Shown: positions 18,976 through 27,989 of the stretch, one piece after another
How the letters are laid out: each line of letters starts with the position of its first letter
Numbering within the stretch: position 1 is the first letter of the stretch
Assembly: GCA_016783545.1 (NCBI GenBank)
Contig: JADHWJ010000002.1
Location: forward strand, 1,617 to 65,616
DNA length: 64,000 bases
Direction: 5' to 3'
Origin: Candidatus Aenigmatarchaeota archaeon
Lineage (GTDB): Archaea; Aenigmatarchaeota; Aenigmatarchaeia; QMZP01
Notes under the pieces: model-generated
Databases searched by the model: none
What the model was told of the DNA's origin: nothing
Seen by the model: the letters and a program-made list of their open reading frames with translations, nothing else
Translations under genes and position numbers: made by a program

Positions 18976-18992
18976 TCCCCTTTAATGAAGAA
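18976..18992 (-). repeat. Degenerate conserved site TTCTTCATTAAAGGGGA
   Basis: Followed by TAAGAACTTTATAAA, as in other promoter-linked copies. Confidence 0.45.
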
Positions 18993-18995
18993 ACC

Positions 18996-19877
18996 CTAAA
19001 CCCCTGCCATCAATCTAATCAAATCCCTTAAACCAGGTGCTAGTCCAAGAATTATTACAACTATTTTCAAGAAATTTCTGAAATCTCTCTGTTCTGCATA
19101 TTGGTCTATAAGATACAGAACAGGTATCACAACAACTATCTTCAGGAAGAACATTGAGATTGGTCCAAATAATGCAGCAGAAACCCTAGGAACAACATGT
19201 TGTTCCAGATAACCAAAAATAGAGAGTGCAAAATATGTGGCAGAGGCGTCTAGGAAATGTGCACCCAAAACTATTTGATTTGTGGAAGAAAGCGGATTTT
19301 TTACTTTAAAATAGTCCAAACTTTTGCTAATTCCATAAAATAGCAGCATTAGGAGTAAAGTAGTGCCAATTATAAGGTAAAATGGCAGAAAATTCGAAAT
19401 TGGGAGCAATAGGGTAACTCTAACGCATAAAATTAGACCTATAATCGCCATAATGGCCCAATATGGGCTTCTAGGGGCATTTTTAGAGGCAAGTAGGTGC
19501 ATTTCAGGCTTAAAATGGGCAGTTACCTTTGATATAACAAGGGAGAAAATAAGCACACCTAACGCAAGGAAAAATGTTATTATATAGCTTCCAGGGGTTG
19601 GGAATATCAAAGAGCCATAAAATTGGTTCAATTCCGGTGTTAAAACACCTGTTACAGCAGAGTCATGTAAAACCCTTGTAGAAGAAGCCCAATATATGAA
19701 TGGTAAAATGGCTATGAAAAAATACCTGTCTATGTGTATATTCATTTTCCTAAGAAGCCTATATACCAAATATACAGCTACTACAAGTATCAAACCATAT
19801 ACTATCGTATTGAATGGGTTGAACCAACCGTTCTGAGTAATTGGCTGCAAAAAATATGTTTGGATAAAGTCTAACAT
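18996..19877 (-). CDS. DUF63 family membrane protein
   Basis: FNPFNTIVYG, AHFLDASATY, YLEQHVVPR, ILGLAPGLRD. Confidence 0.85.
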   Translation of the reverse strand: MLDFIQTYFLQPITQNGWFNPFNTIVYGLILVVAVYLVYRLLRKMNIHIDRYFFIAILPFIYWASSTRVLHDSAVTGVLTPELNQFYGSLIFPTPGSYIITFFLALGVLIFSLVISKVTAHFKPEMHLLASKNAPRSPYWAIMAIIGLILCVRVTLLLPISNFLPFYLIIGTTLLLMLLFYGISKSLDYFKVKNPLSSTNQIVLGAHFLDASATYFALSIFGYLEQHVVPRVSAALFGPISMFFLKIVVVIPVLYLIDQYAEQRDFRNFLKIVVIILGLAPGLRDLIRLMAGV

Positions 19878-19965
19878 TTTAATCTATTAGGCTTTGGAAA
19901 GTAATAAATCATAGAAATTTCATAACAGTGTGGCTATATATTCTCTTAATTATTAGTATAGTATT

Positions 19966-20619
19966 ATGGGATGCGAAGCATGTGATTTGTATGAAGAACA
20001 GTTAGGAGTTTTTTATAAACCCAGAGTTGTTCTAGCAGAAAGTTCTTACGAACCCAGAACAAGTTCTGAAAGGCCTTGGAGGGTATTGGGAGGAGATGAG
20101 CCAGGTATGGTTGAAAGGTTTTTAGATTCAGAACCTGTATATCAAAGTGATAGATTAAGAGATTATTTTGAGCCAGTAAAATCTAGAATAGATAACTGGA
20201 CTTCAGAAATTTTTGGATCAAAACCTTATTGGGGGGATATTCGTGTAGAGGAAAGAAGATACCCTGTTTTTGAATATGTAAAAAGCGGTATTAGATGGAT
20301 AGGCAAGATATTAGGACAGTATGAACCAGGAAAAAAGAAGATAACAGTTGACAGCTATCTTCTGAGAAATGGCGATGAAAGAATGATCCAAAGGGTTCTT
20401 GGAGAAGAGGGTCTGCATGCTTTCCAGCACAAATCAGGTGCAATTAAAAGAAATACAAAAAGATACGGTCGTAGATCTAGAGGCTATGTAGAGGGTGCTA
20501 CTGCTTATGTTGCAGACAGACTTTTTGGTAAAACACCTATTTACCGAAAGTGGAAAAATAGATTCGGTGGTATTGCAAGAAAATATGGCATGAAACCAGC
20601 TTTTTCTGGAAGTTATTAA
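19966..20619 (+). CDS. Hypothetical protein, possible zincin-like metallopeptidase
   Basis: GEEGLHAFQH followed by YVEGAT resembles a variant HExxH..E; weak. Confidence 0.6.
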   Translation: MGCEACDLYEEQLGVFYKPRVVLAESSYEPRTSSERPWRVLGGDEPGMVERFLDSEPVYQSDRLRDYFEPVKSRIDNWTSEIFGSKPYWGDIRVEERRYPVFEYVKSGIRWIGKILGQYEPGKKKITVDSYLLRNGDERMIQRVLGEEGLHAFQHKSGAIKRNTKRYGRRSRGYVEGATAYVADRLFGKTPIYRKWKNRFGGIARKYGMKPAFSGSY

Positions 20620-20789
20620 ACAGATTCCCTTCATGGCGAAATTGTAGTTTAATAGGCAGCGAACATAATATATATTAGGAGAGAAGTGTGTTACGCATAG
20701 CGTTTAGTAGGTTAAAACTTATTAGTGAGAACTACTAAATAGTTACAACTAATATAGGAAATTAACACATAGGTTTTGACAGTGAATTA

Positions 20790-21722
20790 ATGAAAACCGA
20801 AACAAACAGAGTTTGTAAATTAATAGCAGGTTTTGATATGGAATACGACATGCTGATAAGGAAGAAGTATTTGAAGGTTCAGGATAGGCTAGGCATGAGA
20901 ATAGGTATTCATGGCGGAACAAAGAAAATGCCTGTTCCAAGGACGGTTCAAGATGTTCTCAAAATTCTAAGAGAACTCTACAATATTGGCTTAAAGGCAT
21001 ACATATTACCAAAGGAGTTTTTTTCTAAGATAAAGGTTACAACAGATCTGTACACAACATATTACGGTGAGCTTCTAAAAATAAAGGATATAGCGAATAA
21101 ATATGACATTGAACTTAGCATTGAATATCCAAATCTTCCAGATCCTCCTGATGAAACACTGAAAATATTCATAACAATTGCATCTGTAATGGGATGCAGA
21201 ATGTTTATAGTAAGACCTGATTTCTATCCAATGGTTCCACAGGACCAGGCACTAAGGCTTACCGTCTATAAAATAAATGAGATTGTTTCTGAAGTTAATG
21301 CAAAAGCAAAAATCGGAATGGAAACAGCAGGGAAGATAGATGAATTAGGAAGCCTGGAGGACATTGTTGAAATAGCAAAAAGAACAAGGGAAACCAACAT
21401 TGTTATTAATTGGGGAAATATACATGCAAGGGGTTCTGGATCTTTGAGAACAACTGAAGATTTCGATAAGGTAGTAAAGAAGGTTTCAGAAGGTATAGGC
21501 GTAGGGTATTTCCGTGAAGCATTTTTTATATTCGGCGGAGTTTCATATGGACCATCTGGTCTTGTAAGGAAAATTCCTATAAAGAATTGTGACATGAAAC
21601 TAGAGGATCTGATAAAACAGATAATGACATATGGTATGAGAGGGACGCTTATTTTGGATGATCCTGGAAAGGAGCAATTTACACTCCAGATTCTGGATAG
21701 GCTTGCGGATACAGTAAGATAA
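20790..21722 (+). CDS. Endonuclease IV-like TIM-barrel protein with degenerate metal ligands
   Basis: ETAGKIDELGSLEDI, INWGNIHARG, GGVSYGPSG; true start may be 20838 or 20850. Confidence 0.7.
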   Translation: MKTETNRVCKLIAGFDMEYDMLIRKKYLKVQDRLGMRIGIHGGTKKMPVPRTVQDVLKILRELYNIGLKAYILPKEFFSKIKVTTDLYTTYYGELLKIKDIANKYDIELSIEYPNLPDPPDETLKIFITIASVMGCRMFIVRPDFYPMVPQDQALRLTVYKINEIVSEVNAKAKIGMETAGKIDELGSLEDIVEIAKRTRETNIVINWGNIHARGSGSLRTTEDFDKVVKKVSEGIGVGYFREAFFIFGGVSYGPSGLVRKIPIKNCDMKLEDLIKQIMTYGMRGTLILDDPGKEQFTLQILDRLADTVR

Positions 21723-22111
21723 TGAGTATTCTTAAACAATAATTTTTCTTTTTAAGTAACCAATACCAATTCAAGAGATATCAAAGCTCTTTTTGGCGTA
21801 AAACCCATTGAGCTTGTCCAACACATTTCACCAACTCATCAAGAGCTGGTTTAGAGAAGCTGTTTTCTTTCTTAGTTATCAGACTATCCTCTGTAAAGGA
21901 ACAATAGTCTTTTCTAGGTCTTCGGGAGCACTGTGTCCATTGGACTATGGCGGTAGAACATGGTAATGCCAATACGCAACCGTCCCATTGCAGCCATGCG
22001 CATAATTGGGAAATCGGTGGTGGCGGATTCTCTTTTCGCACCTCCCTTCTTGATGAAACCACTGACGCTTCGAGCAGTGCTATCCGAACTTTTTTTAGAA
22101 AGAGTTGGGTC

Positions 22112-22324
22112 ATGAATTACGTTGAGTGGAAGGTCAGAAACGCCCCAAAGAGGGAGAAGTGGTGGCAGAAGCTGCTTGCTATCATTATTCTTTGCTTGGG
22201 AGTAGCTCTCCTGGGCTGGCTTTTTGTTGATGCCTGGGAGAAGGAAGAGAGGTTCAGGGACGCCAGGCTGAAAGCGTTCCAAATAGAAAATGGAGTTGAC
22301 ATCAACGAAGTCAGCTCCAGATAG
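22112..22324 (+). CDS. Orphan single-pass membrane protein (70 aa)
   Basis: KWWQKLLAIIILCLGVALLGWLF TM segment; upstream start at 21947 also possible. Confidence 0.65.
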   Translation: MNYVEWKVRNAPKREKWWQKLLAIIILCLGVALLGWLFVDAWEKEERFRDARLKAFQIENGVDINEVSSR

Positions 22325-22408
22325 TATTGACACGACCCTCCCAACATAGAGAACAGTGTCAGTGCCAGAGATATGGGTTTGCCACAAGCTTACTCATACT
22401 CTGTTATA

Positions 22409-22425
22409 TTGTCATCTTAAAGGGA
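22409..22425 (+). repeat. Conserved site copy TTGTCATCTTAAAGGGA
   Basis: Directly upstream of GAAAAGGCTTATAAA promoter and ACTATAG-AACA-CTATAGT operator-like palindrome. Confidence 0.9.
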
Positions 22426-22462
22426 GAAAAGGCTTATAAACTATAGAACACTATAGTATACT

Positions 22463-22687
22463 ATGGAAACAACAACAATACAAATAACTGAGAATTTGCA
22501 AAATGAACTCAAATCCAGAAAAATATCAGAAAATGAAAGCTATGAAGAGGTTATATGGGATATGATAGAGGATACTATGGAACTTTCTGAACAAACCAAA
22601 AAAGATATAAGGGAAGCTGAAGAGGATATCAAAGCCGGTAGAGTTCATACACTTGAAGAGATTGAAAAGAGAATCAAAGATGATTGA
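22463..22687 (+). CDS. Antitoxin (DUF7557/VapB3-like), partner of RelE
   Basis: TTIQIT..ESYEEVIWDM..EEDIKAGRVHTLEEI; overlaps the toxin gene. Confidence 0.8.
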   Translation: METTTIQITENLQNELKSRKISENESYEEVIWDMIEDTMELSEQTKKDIREAEEDIKAGRVHTLEEIEKRIKDD

Positions 22688-22943
22688 AATGTATAATGTT
22701 ATTTTCTCTAAAAAAGCAGGAAAAGAGTTTGATAAATTGGAAAAAATAATTCAGAAAAGATTAGTTTCTGTAATCAAGAGGATAAGGATAAGACCTGAGG
22801 CTTTTGTTAGAAAGCTTGTCGGAGGACCTTATTATAGACTGAGAGTTGGTGAATACAGAGTAATTTTGGATATCAGAAAAGGAGAATTGATTATTCTGGT
22901 TATTTCTATTGGTCATAGAAGAAACATCTATAAGAGCCTTTAA
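22680..22943 (+). CDS. RelE/ParE family toxin
   Basis: YNVIFSKKAGKEF..YRLRVGEYRVI..IGHRRNIY. Confidence 0.92.
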   Translation: MIEMYNVIFSKKAGKEFDKLEKIIQKRLVSVIKRIRIRPEAFVRKLVGGPYYRLRVGEYRVILDIRKGELIILVISIGHRRNIYKSL

Positions 22944-22954
22944 TTTACTTAAAT

Positions 22955-22971
22955 TTGTCATTTTAGAGGGA
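22955..22971 (+). repeat. Conserved site copy TTGTCATTTTAGAGGGA
   Basis: 11 bp after the relE stop; followed by GAAAAAGCTTTATAAA and GTAAACA-AATA-TGTTTAC palindrome. Confidence 0.9.
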
Positions 22972-23017
22972 GAAAAAGCTTTATAAATATGTAAACAAAT
23001 ATGTTTACAGTGATTAT

Positions 23018-23254
23018 ATGGTTCAAGTTCAATTAAGAGTGCCAGATAATATGGTTAAGGATATTGATGGATGGGTAGAAGAAGGAAGATTCAAAAACAG
23101 AAGCGATGCTGTTAAAACAATTATATCTCTATATGAGGATAAGATGAAAACAATGGAATTCCTAAAAATGCTTGTAAATAGGAGCAAAGAAGCTGAAAAT
23201 AACCCTGAAAAATTGATACCCCTGGATGATCTGGATGTTAAAAGTTCTAATTAA
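23018..23254 (+). CDS. Ribbon-helix-helix (CopG/Arc/MetJ) antitoxin
   Basis: VQVQLRVP..IDGWVEEGRFKNRSDAVK. Confidence 0.88.
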   Translation: MVQVQLRVPDNMVKDIDGWVEEGRFKNRSDAVKTIISLYEDKMKTMEFLKMLVNRSKEAENNPEKLIPLDDLDVKSSN

Positions 23255-23308
23255 TAATAAAGCGAATTTTTACAGATATGCCTTGATCGGCATTATAGGA
23301 GGCATTGG

Positions 23309-23569
23309 ATGTTTAAGATACTTCTACACACTCTAAGTTTAAAATCTCTTGAAAAGCTGGATAAAGAAGTTCAGTTTCAAATAAGGAAGAAATTAAGAGA
23401 ACTTGAGGAATTTCCTGAACAAAGAGGTAAGCATTTAAGATATACACAATTCTGGAGTCTGAGAATAGGTGATTATAGAGCTATATATGAAATTAAAAAT
23501 AAAGAAGTTATTGTTCTTTTCATAGGTCATAGAGATAGAGTATATGATGATTTCTCAAAGATATTTTAG
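23309..23569 (+). CDS. RelE/ParE family toxin
   Basis: WSLRIGDYRAIY..FIGHRDRVY. Confidence 0.92.
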   Translation: MFKILLHTLSLKSLEKLDKEVQFQIRKKLRELEEFPEQRGKHLRYTQFWSLRIGDYRAIYEIKNKEVIVLFIGHRDRVYDDFSKIF

Positions 23570-23714
23570 ACAGACGATTTACTTAAATTTGTTTAAGCCT
23601 TTTAGAGGCAAATGAAACCTCCATTTAAACCAATAAGATCAAATGGAGAACCTACTGCCTTCTTTGGTTAAATCTTTTCGCAAAAGCCTTAAGTTCACCC
23701 AAAAACCCTTAAAA

Positions 23715-23731
23715 TTGTAATCTTAACGGGA
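23715..23731 (+). repeat. Conserved site copy TTGTAATCTTAACGGGA
   Basis: Followed by GAAAAAGCTTTATATA; same sequence at 52002. Confidence 0.9.
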
Positions 23732-24160
23732 GAAAAAGCTTTATATACCACTAATACAATTAATCTTATCTGTCACTATGTAATAGTGATAATTAAAGGG
23801 AGAACATGGGAGTAACTCATGTTCTATGAAACTTAAATAGAGTTGCAATGCAACCGAAAGTTTCATAAATAGTAATTACAAATAAAAGAGATCAGGTGTC
23901 AAATTTGTCCCGCAAGGGTGAATTTGGCAAACTCTCCCATCTTGGAACTGCCAGTTGGCAGTTCCTCTTGGACCATTGGTTGTAAAAGATCAATGGTTTT
24001 ATCCTTACAAACACAATTGAACTGGCTTACTATCTTCGGATATACCAGTTCAAACCGAGTGAATACACGGATTAAAGGGCCAAATTTTTCTAGTTCTGAG
24101 AATCTTCAATGATTTTCTTCAAGGTCTTTTGTCTGTCTACTCGGTAATTACATAATTGTT

Positions 24161-24500
24161 AGGGACAGGAAGCGGGGTCGGTAAAACCATCCCCGATTAC
24201 TATACATCGCAACGGTAGGAGTCGCGAGTCCGCCCGCAGTACCACGCCTAATGGCTGGTAATGGCCGGCATAATTCCTACCCGGGGTCGGAACCACCCCG
24301 CTTCCTCCCTTCGGCTTCTAAGGTATACAGCCCCCTTTAGAAGAATACACCGAAGGATTCAAACGGTTCAGGGGCAATGTGGTGCACCATAATATTACAT
24401 AGGAGTATATAGGTGCACAAGGACGCCGAAGGGAGTCCCGAAAATTTGTCGTACCTCACTATGACATATGGTGAGGCACTCGCGTCCTCTAAGAGGACAC
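24161..24500 (+). ncRNA. Candidate structured RNA / long leader
   Basis: AGGAAGCGGGGT pairs with ACCCCGCTTCCT and encloses GGTAGGA/TCCTACC; four more hairpins follow. Confidence 0.55.
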
Positions 24501-24546
24501 TGATGTTTCGCTGATGGAGTCTTTTTCACTGAAAGGAGTGAAAGAG

Positions 24547-25086
24547 ATGGAAGAAGAAAGACGGTCAGAAGAAAGAGCAGACGCATACGAAGAGTTGGGT
24601 GAGGTTGCTGTGCCCACACCCGAGACCGCGCCGGAACCCACGGGTGGGATCACGATCAGGTTCACTCGCGGGAACGTAGTTTCCGCATTGATCGGAGCCC
24701 TGATTTGTTTCGGGGTGATGTACCTGATCTCCGAGGGAAACGACCGGCGACAGGTCGACGAGATCACCGAGCTGCGCGAGGTCGGCCTGAAGCTGCACAC
24801 CCTGGCCCAGAAGGCGTTCGACAAGTGCCGGGATATCGAGGGCTACGAGCGGGCCACGTTGAAGGTCCCGGCGATTTTGGCAAAGGGGCAGAAGGTCGAG
24901 ACCGCACCGAAACCGAAGCCCCGACAGGTCGAGCCGGAGCCGCAGCCTGAACCGGTCTACGACGACCCGGAGCCCGAGGTCGTGGAGCCTGAGCCGGTCA
25001 CGACCAACGACGACCCTCGGACCGAGGATCCCCCACCCATCGCGAACGATGAGTTTGAGGATGGGGGCGACGAAGGCGGCGAGTAG
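24547..25086 (+). CDS. Orphan membrane-anchored protein with Pro/Glu-rich acidic tail
   Basis: AAAGGAG RBS; TM VVSALIGALICFGVMYLI; ELREVGLK motif; ends DEGGE. Confidence 0.8.
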   Translation: MEEERRSEERADAYEELGEVAVPTPETAPEPTGGITIRFTRGNVVSALIGALICFGVMYLISEGNDRRQVDEITELREVGLKLHTLAQKAFDKCRDIEGYERATLKVPAILAKGQKVETAPKPKPRQVEPEPQPEPVYDDPEPEVVEPEPVTTNDDPRTEDPPPIANDEFEDGGDEGGE

Positions 25087-25096
25087 TTTTCGCTGC

Positions 25097-25151
25097 AACG
25101 GGAGTCCTATAGGCCTCGGGACTTCCTTAACAAAATAAAGGGAGGCCTACT
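25097..25151 (+). repeat. 55-bp intergenic direct repeat, copy 1
   Basis: AACGGGAGTCCTATAGGCCTCGGGACTTCCTTAACAAAATAAAGGGAGGCCTACT identical at 26162-26216. Confidence 0.95.
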
Positions 25152-25190
25152 GATGGATGTTGACGTTCGACGGTAAGAAAGGGACACAAC

Positions 25191-26153
25191 ATGAGGACGA
25201 GAGCCCTCACGGCCGCGCTCATTTTCACGGCCGCAACCATAGGACTCGCTGGGAGCGCCCGCGAGCATTACAAGGTCGGCGTCCGGCACATGATTCAGGG
25301 GTCTGATGCATATAACCCCCGTGCCGCGATGGAGGCCTTCAGCAAGGTATGTGAAGCCGATCCCACGTACGGGAACTCGATTGGCTTTGCGAAGCCTGTC
25401 AAGGAGCAGCTGTTCAACGCTGCTATGGCGTACTTCTCCGAAGTTACGGAGTCAGAGATGACTCTGGAGAAGAAGTTGGAAGAGCTGACTGCGATTAGGA
25501 TTGCATTGTTCATGTGTAAGTCAGATCGAGGTCAGTTCTCAGAAGTTGACCAAAGTGGTCTGAACGCGAAGATCATGGCGGTCAACGCGGTAGCCCAACG
25601 GGTGCAGGAGGTCATTAGGGCGCAATCCCGACAGGCCGAGCCGGAGAAGTTCGACGCAGCCGCGACGATGCAAGAGGTCGCGACACGTTACGATACGGCC
25701 AAGCGAGAGCTGGCCTTCGCGTCTCAGCTCGTGGGAGAGGTCCTTGAACAGGACCCGGACCATGAGGAAGCGAATCGGGCCAGGGAGCTCCTTGAGATTC
25801 GCCTCATACCAGTGGATGAGTTCAATGAGCTCAATGCGACCGTCTCGTTGCTGAAACAGACGGTTAACGAGGCCGCGGACAAGATTCGCGAGGCCCGGCA
25901 GGATCACGCGCGCCGGGTCCTTTACTCGCGCGAGCTGCGCGAGGTCGGGCTGAAGTTTCACGAGCTCGCCGAGATCAGTTACAACAAGTGGCTGAAGTTG
26001 GCCAAGCCCGGAAGCGAGGCTCGGACGCTGAAGCTTCCGGAGGTGCTGGAATACGAGCCGTTCATCTCGGAGCAGGTCCTTGATCTGGTTCACGACGATG
26101 AGCAGCACGAAGGCGACGAGCACGAAGCCGACGACGACGAAGGCGGTGAGTAA
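25191..26153 (+). CDS. Orphan secreted helical (TPR-like) protein, paralog of 24547-25086
   Basis: Signal peptide MRTRALTAALIFTAA; ELREVGLKFHELA; ends DEGGE. Confidence 0.8.
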   Translation: MRTRALTAALIFTAATIGLAGSAREHYKVGVRHMIQGSDAYNPRAAMEAFSKVCEADPTYGNSIGFAKPVKEQLFNAAMAYFSEVTESEMTLEKKLEELTAIRIALFMCKSDRGQFSEVDQSGLNAKIMAVNAVAQRVQEVIRAQSRQAEPEKFDAAATMQEVATRYDTAKRELAFASQLVGEVLEQDPDHEEANRARELLEIRLIPVDEFNELNATVSLLKQTVNEAADKIREARQDHARRVLYSRELREVGLKFHELAEISYNKWLKLAKPGSEARTLKLPEVLEYEPFISEQVLDLVHDDEQHEGDEHEADDDEGGE

Positions 26154-26161
26154 CTAGCCGT

Positions 26162-26216
26162 AACGGGAGTCCTATAGGCCTCGGGACTTCCTTAACAAAA
26201 TAAAGGGAGGCCTACT
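26162..26216 (+). repeat. 55-bp intergenic direct repeat, copy 2
   Basis: Identical to 25097-25151. Confidence 0.95.
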
Positions 26217-26259
26217 TTGGACGTGAAGTTGGGACGTTTTCAGAAGAAGGAGTAGTACC

Positions 26260-26754
26260 ATGAGAGCGATCACGATCGCCCTTATCACCGTTGCCGGACT
26301 GTCGTTCATCGGGTCGGTCGAGGCAGCGGAGATCGATTTGGACGCCGCATTGGCGGAAGTGACGGCCGCGCCGGATACGACGGCCGCGCCGGTTCGGAGA
26401 AGTACCAGTGCCCAGAGGCCGGTGGTTCGGAGAAGCGCCACCAGGGTCGCATACCCGGCCGCTCAGGCGCATGCTGATGCCGCAGTCACGGACATTGAGT
26501 CCAGTATCACTGAGGCCGAGGCACACGGGCGTGTTCGCCGCGCCCAGGCTGATAGGGTAGTTTCCGCAGCAGAAGAGGCCGAGGCCATGGCAGATGCGGC
26601 GGCGGCTCGGGCCCGTAGGGCGCAGGCCGAGGCACGCTTCGAGGGTGCCCGGAGCGAATTCCATAGTGGTTGCAGCGATGCGGCTGCCACACAGTATCGG
26701 ACACATCTCCGGCGCGTGACCCGTGCCAGCGGAGGTCGGGTGCCTGTTCGGTAA
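26260..26754 (+). CDS. Orphan secreted Ala/Arg-rich coiled-coil protein
   Basis: GAAGGAG RBS; signal peptide MRAITIALITVAGLSFIGSVEA; internal 27-30 nt duplication (TTAAPVRRST/AQRPVVRRSA). Confidence 0.75.
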   Translation: MRAITIALITVAGLSFIGSVEAAEIDLDAALAEVTAAPDTTAAPVRRSTSAQRPVVRRSATRVAYPAAQAHADAAVTDIESSITEAEAHGRVRRAQADRVVSAAEEAEAMADAAAARARRAQAEARFEGARSEFHSGCSDAAATQYRTHLRRVTRASGGRVPVR

Positions 26755-26765
26755 TACCCGATCTC

Positions 26766-26809
26766 AACCTCCCCCTGGTGGCATACAACCAGCTTGCCAG
26801 GGGGAGGTT
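26766..26809 (+). terminator. 13-bp perfect hairpin (terminator or processing site)
   Basis: AACCTCCCCCTGG..CCAGGGGGAGGTT. Confidence 0.55.
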
Positions 26810-26879
26810 AGCGTCCTTAAAAAGCTGGTTTTTCACCAGACCAGTCAAAACAACGAGACCTTCTTGAAAGGAGGTTGTC

Positions 26880-27239
26880 ATGTGGAGAATAAGTACAGGC
26901 GAGCTGGCACTTTTGATCATCGGCAGCTTTGTTGCCGGTGCAGTTGTTGCCGGCTTTCTTAGTCGGTTGGTGCGGGGTCGAGGCAAGCCGTCTCCGGCAG
27001 CTCAGCCAGTGCCAGTGCCGAGCGAGTCGGAAGTCGTTCTGACGAAAAGGGAGCTGACGGCTCTGGTGAAGAGCCAGGTTGTTAGTGCTCTCAAGGAGAA
27101 GGAGCTGGGAGCACAGCCCGAGCCGATAGAGCCGCCGGAGTTGACCAAACTGTCGGTAGAAGAAGTGGTTGATGCAATACCCGAATCAATCACCGCCGAG
27201 AAGGAGGAGGAAGTACCCGAGAAAGGAGAAGACTCATGA
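26880..27239 (+). CDS. Orphan single-pass membrane protein
   Basis: AAAGGAGG RBS; TM LALLIIGSFVAGAVVAGFL. Confidence 0.75.
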   Translation: MWRISTGELALLIIGSFVAGAVVAGFLSRLVRGRGKPSPAAQPVPVPSESEVVLTKRELTALVKSQVVSALKEKELGAQPEPIEPPELTKLSVEEVVDAIPESITAEKEEEVPEKGEDS

Positions 27240-27826
27240 GGAATCTGAGTTTCGCCGCCATCATAGCGGCTCTCCTTCTTGTAGGTTGTGAGAGGGAGAA
27301 GAGTTCCAGCAGCCGAGGGCGCACAACCAGGCGCGCCGCCGATGGGGAGAAGTTGACCCTTCGGGACCTGCAGGCGGATCCTAACGGGTTCGCTATCGTG
27401 GACCCAGACCGCCGGCGAATGAAGCTCCCCATGAGCTTCAGAATCGTCAGAGCCATGGACGGCGGGTCCGGTGAGGAAGTTATGCTGGTCGCTTATCTTG
27501 GGGGTGAGGAGAGCCCCAGCGATGAGCAGGACGGGGTTGAGGAAGATGTACCGCCGAACTATGTTCTCGTCCGGGTTCGGCGGGCGTGTGGTGTAGATCT
27601 CCTTGGCGGGGAGACGAACGCCAACTGCCGCCTCTTTGTGAAGAAGTTCGAGCGCAAAGGGACGGTGGAGATGGGCGATCACGGTGACGAATTGTATGTA
27701 ATCACGGTCGCTCGCGGGGACATCTACTACAACTACGACGTCATGTCCCTGAGCGGCGATAACATGACGGATACGGTTGAGCGAGACCGGCCGCCGGATC
27801 CGGTGCGGCACCACAGCTACCCGTAA
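27236..27826 (+). CDS. Orphan putative lipoprotein
   Basis: MRNLSFAAIIAALLLVG-C lipobox; ATGA overlap with the previous gene. Confidence 0.75.
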   Translation: MRNLSFAAIIAALLLVGCEREKSSSSRGRTTRRAADGEKLTLRDLQADPNGFAIVDPDRRRMKLPMSFRIVRAMDGGSGEEVMLVAYLGGEESPSDEQDGVEEDVPPNYVLVRVRRACGVDLLGGETNANCRLFVKKFERKGTVEMGDHGDELYVITVARGDIYYNYDVMSLSGDNMTDTVERDRPPDPVRHHSYP

Positions 27827-27989
27827 GGGAAATGAATACCAGGTCCCTCCCAAGGGGTGGAGGGGCCTGGTGGCCTCTTGAGAGAAAGGAGATGAAAATC
27901 ATGTTGTGACGCCTTTCACAAAAACAACACAATGTTGAGGGTACGGCAACAGTACCAGAAAGGGAGTGGCGCCCCACAGTTGCTTTATG

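Larger units (their letters stand above)
21853..22425 (+). mobile_element. GC-richer island 5 (putative cassette)
   Basis: Leader AGAGAAGCTGTTTTCTTTCTTAG, membrane gene, hairpin 22366-22403, site. Confidence 0.55.

Noticed and set aside
23918-24112. 64-aa ORF between the toxin-antitoxin array and island 6
   Set aside because: GTG start, no RBS, no recognisable features; 23750-24100 is left unassigned.
25097-26216. CRISPR array
   Set aside because: Only two 55-bp copies about 1 kb apart, separated by a full gene; no cas genes.
24489-27977. Long minus-strand and alternative-frame ORFs in island 6 (e.g. 27002-27853, 25539-26123)
   Set aside because: Antisense shadows expected in GC-rich DNA; the plus-strand genes have RBSs, signal peptides and paralogy.
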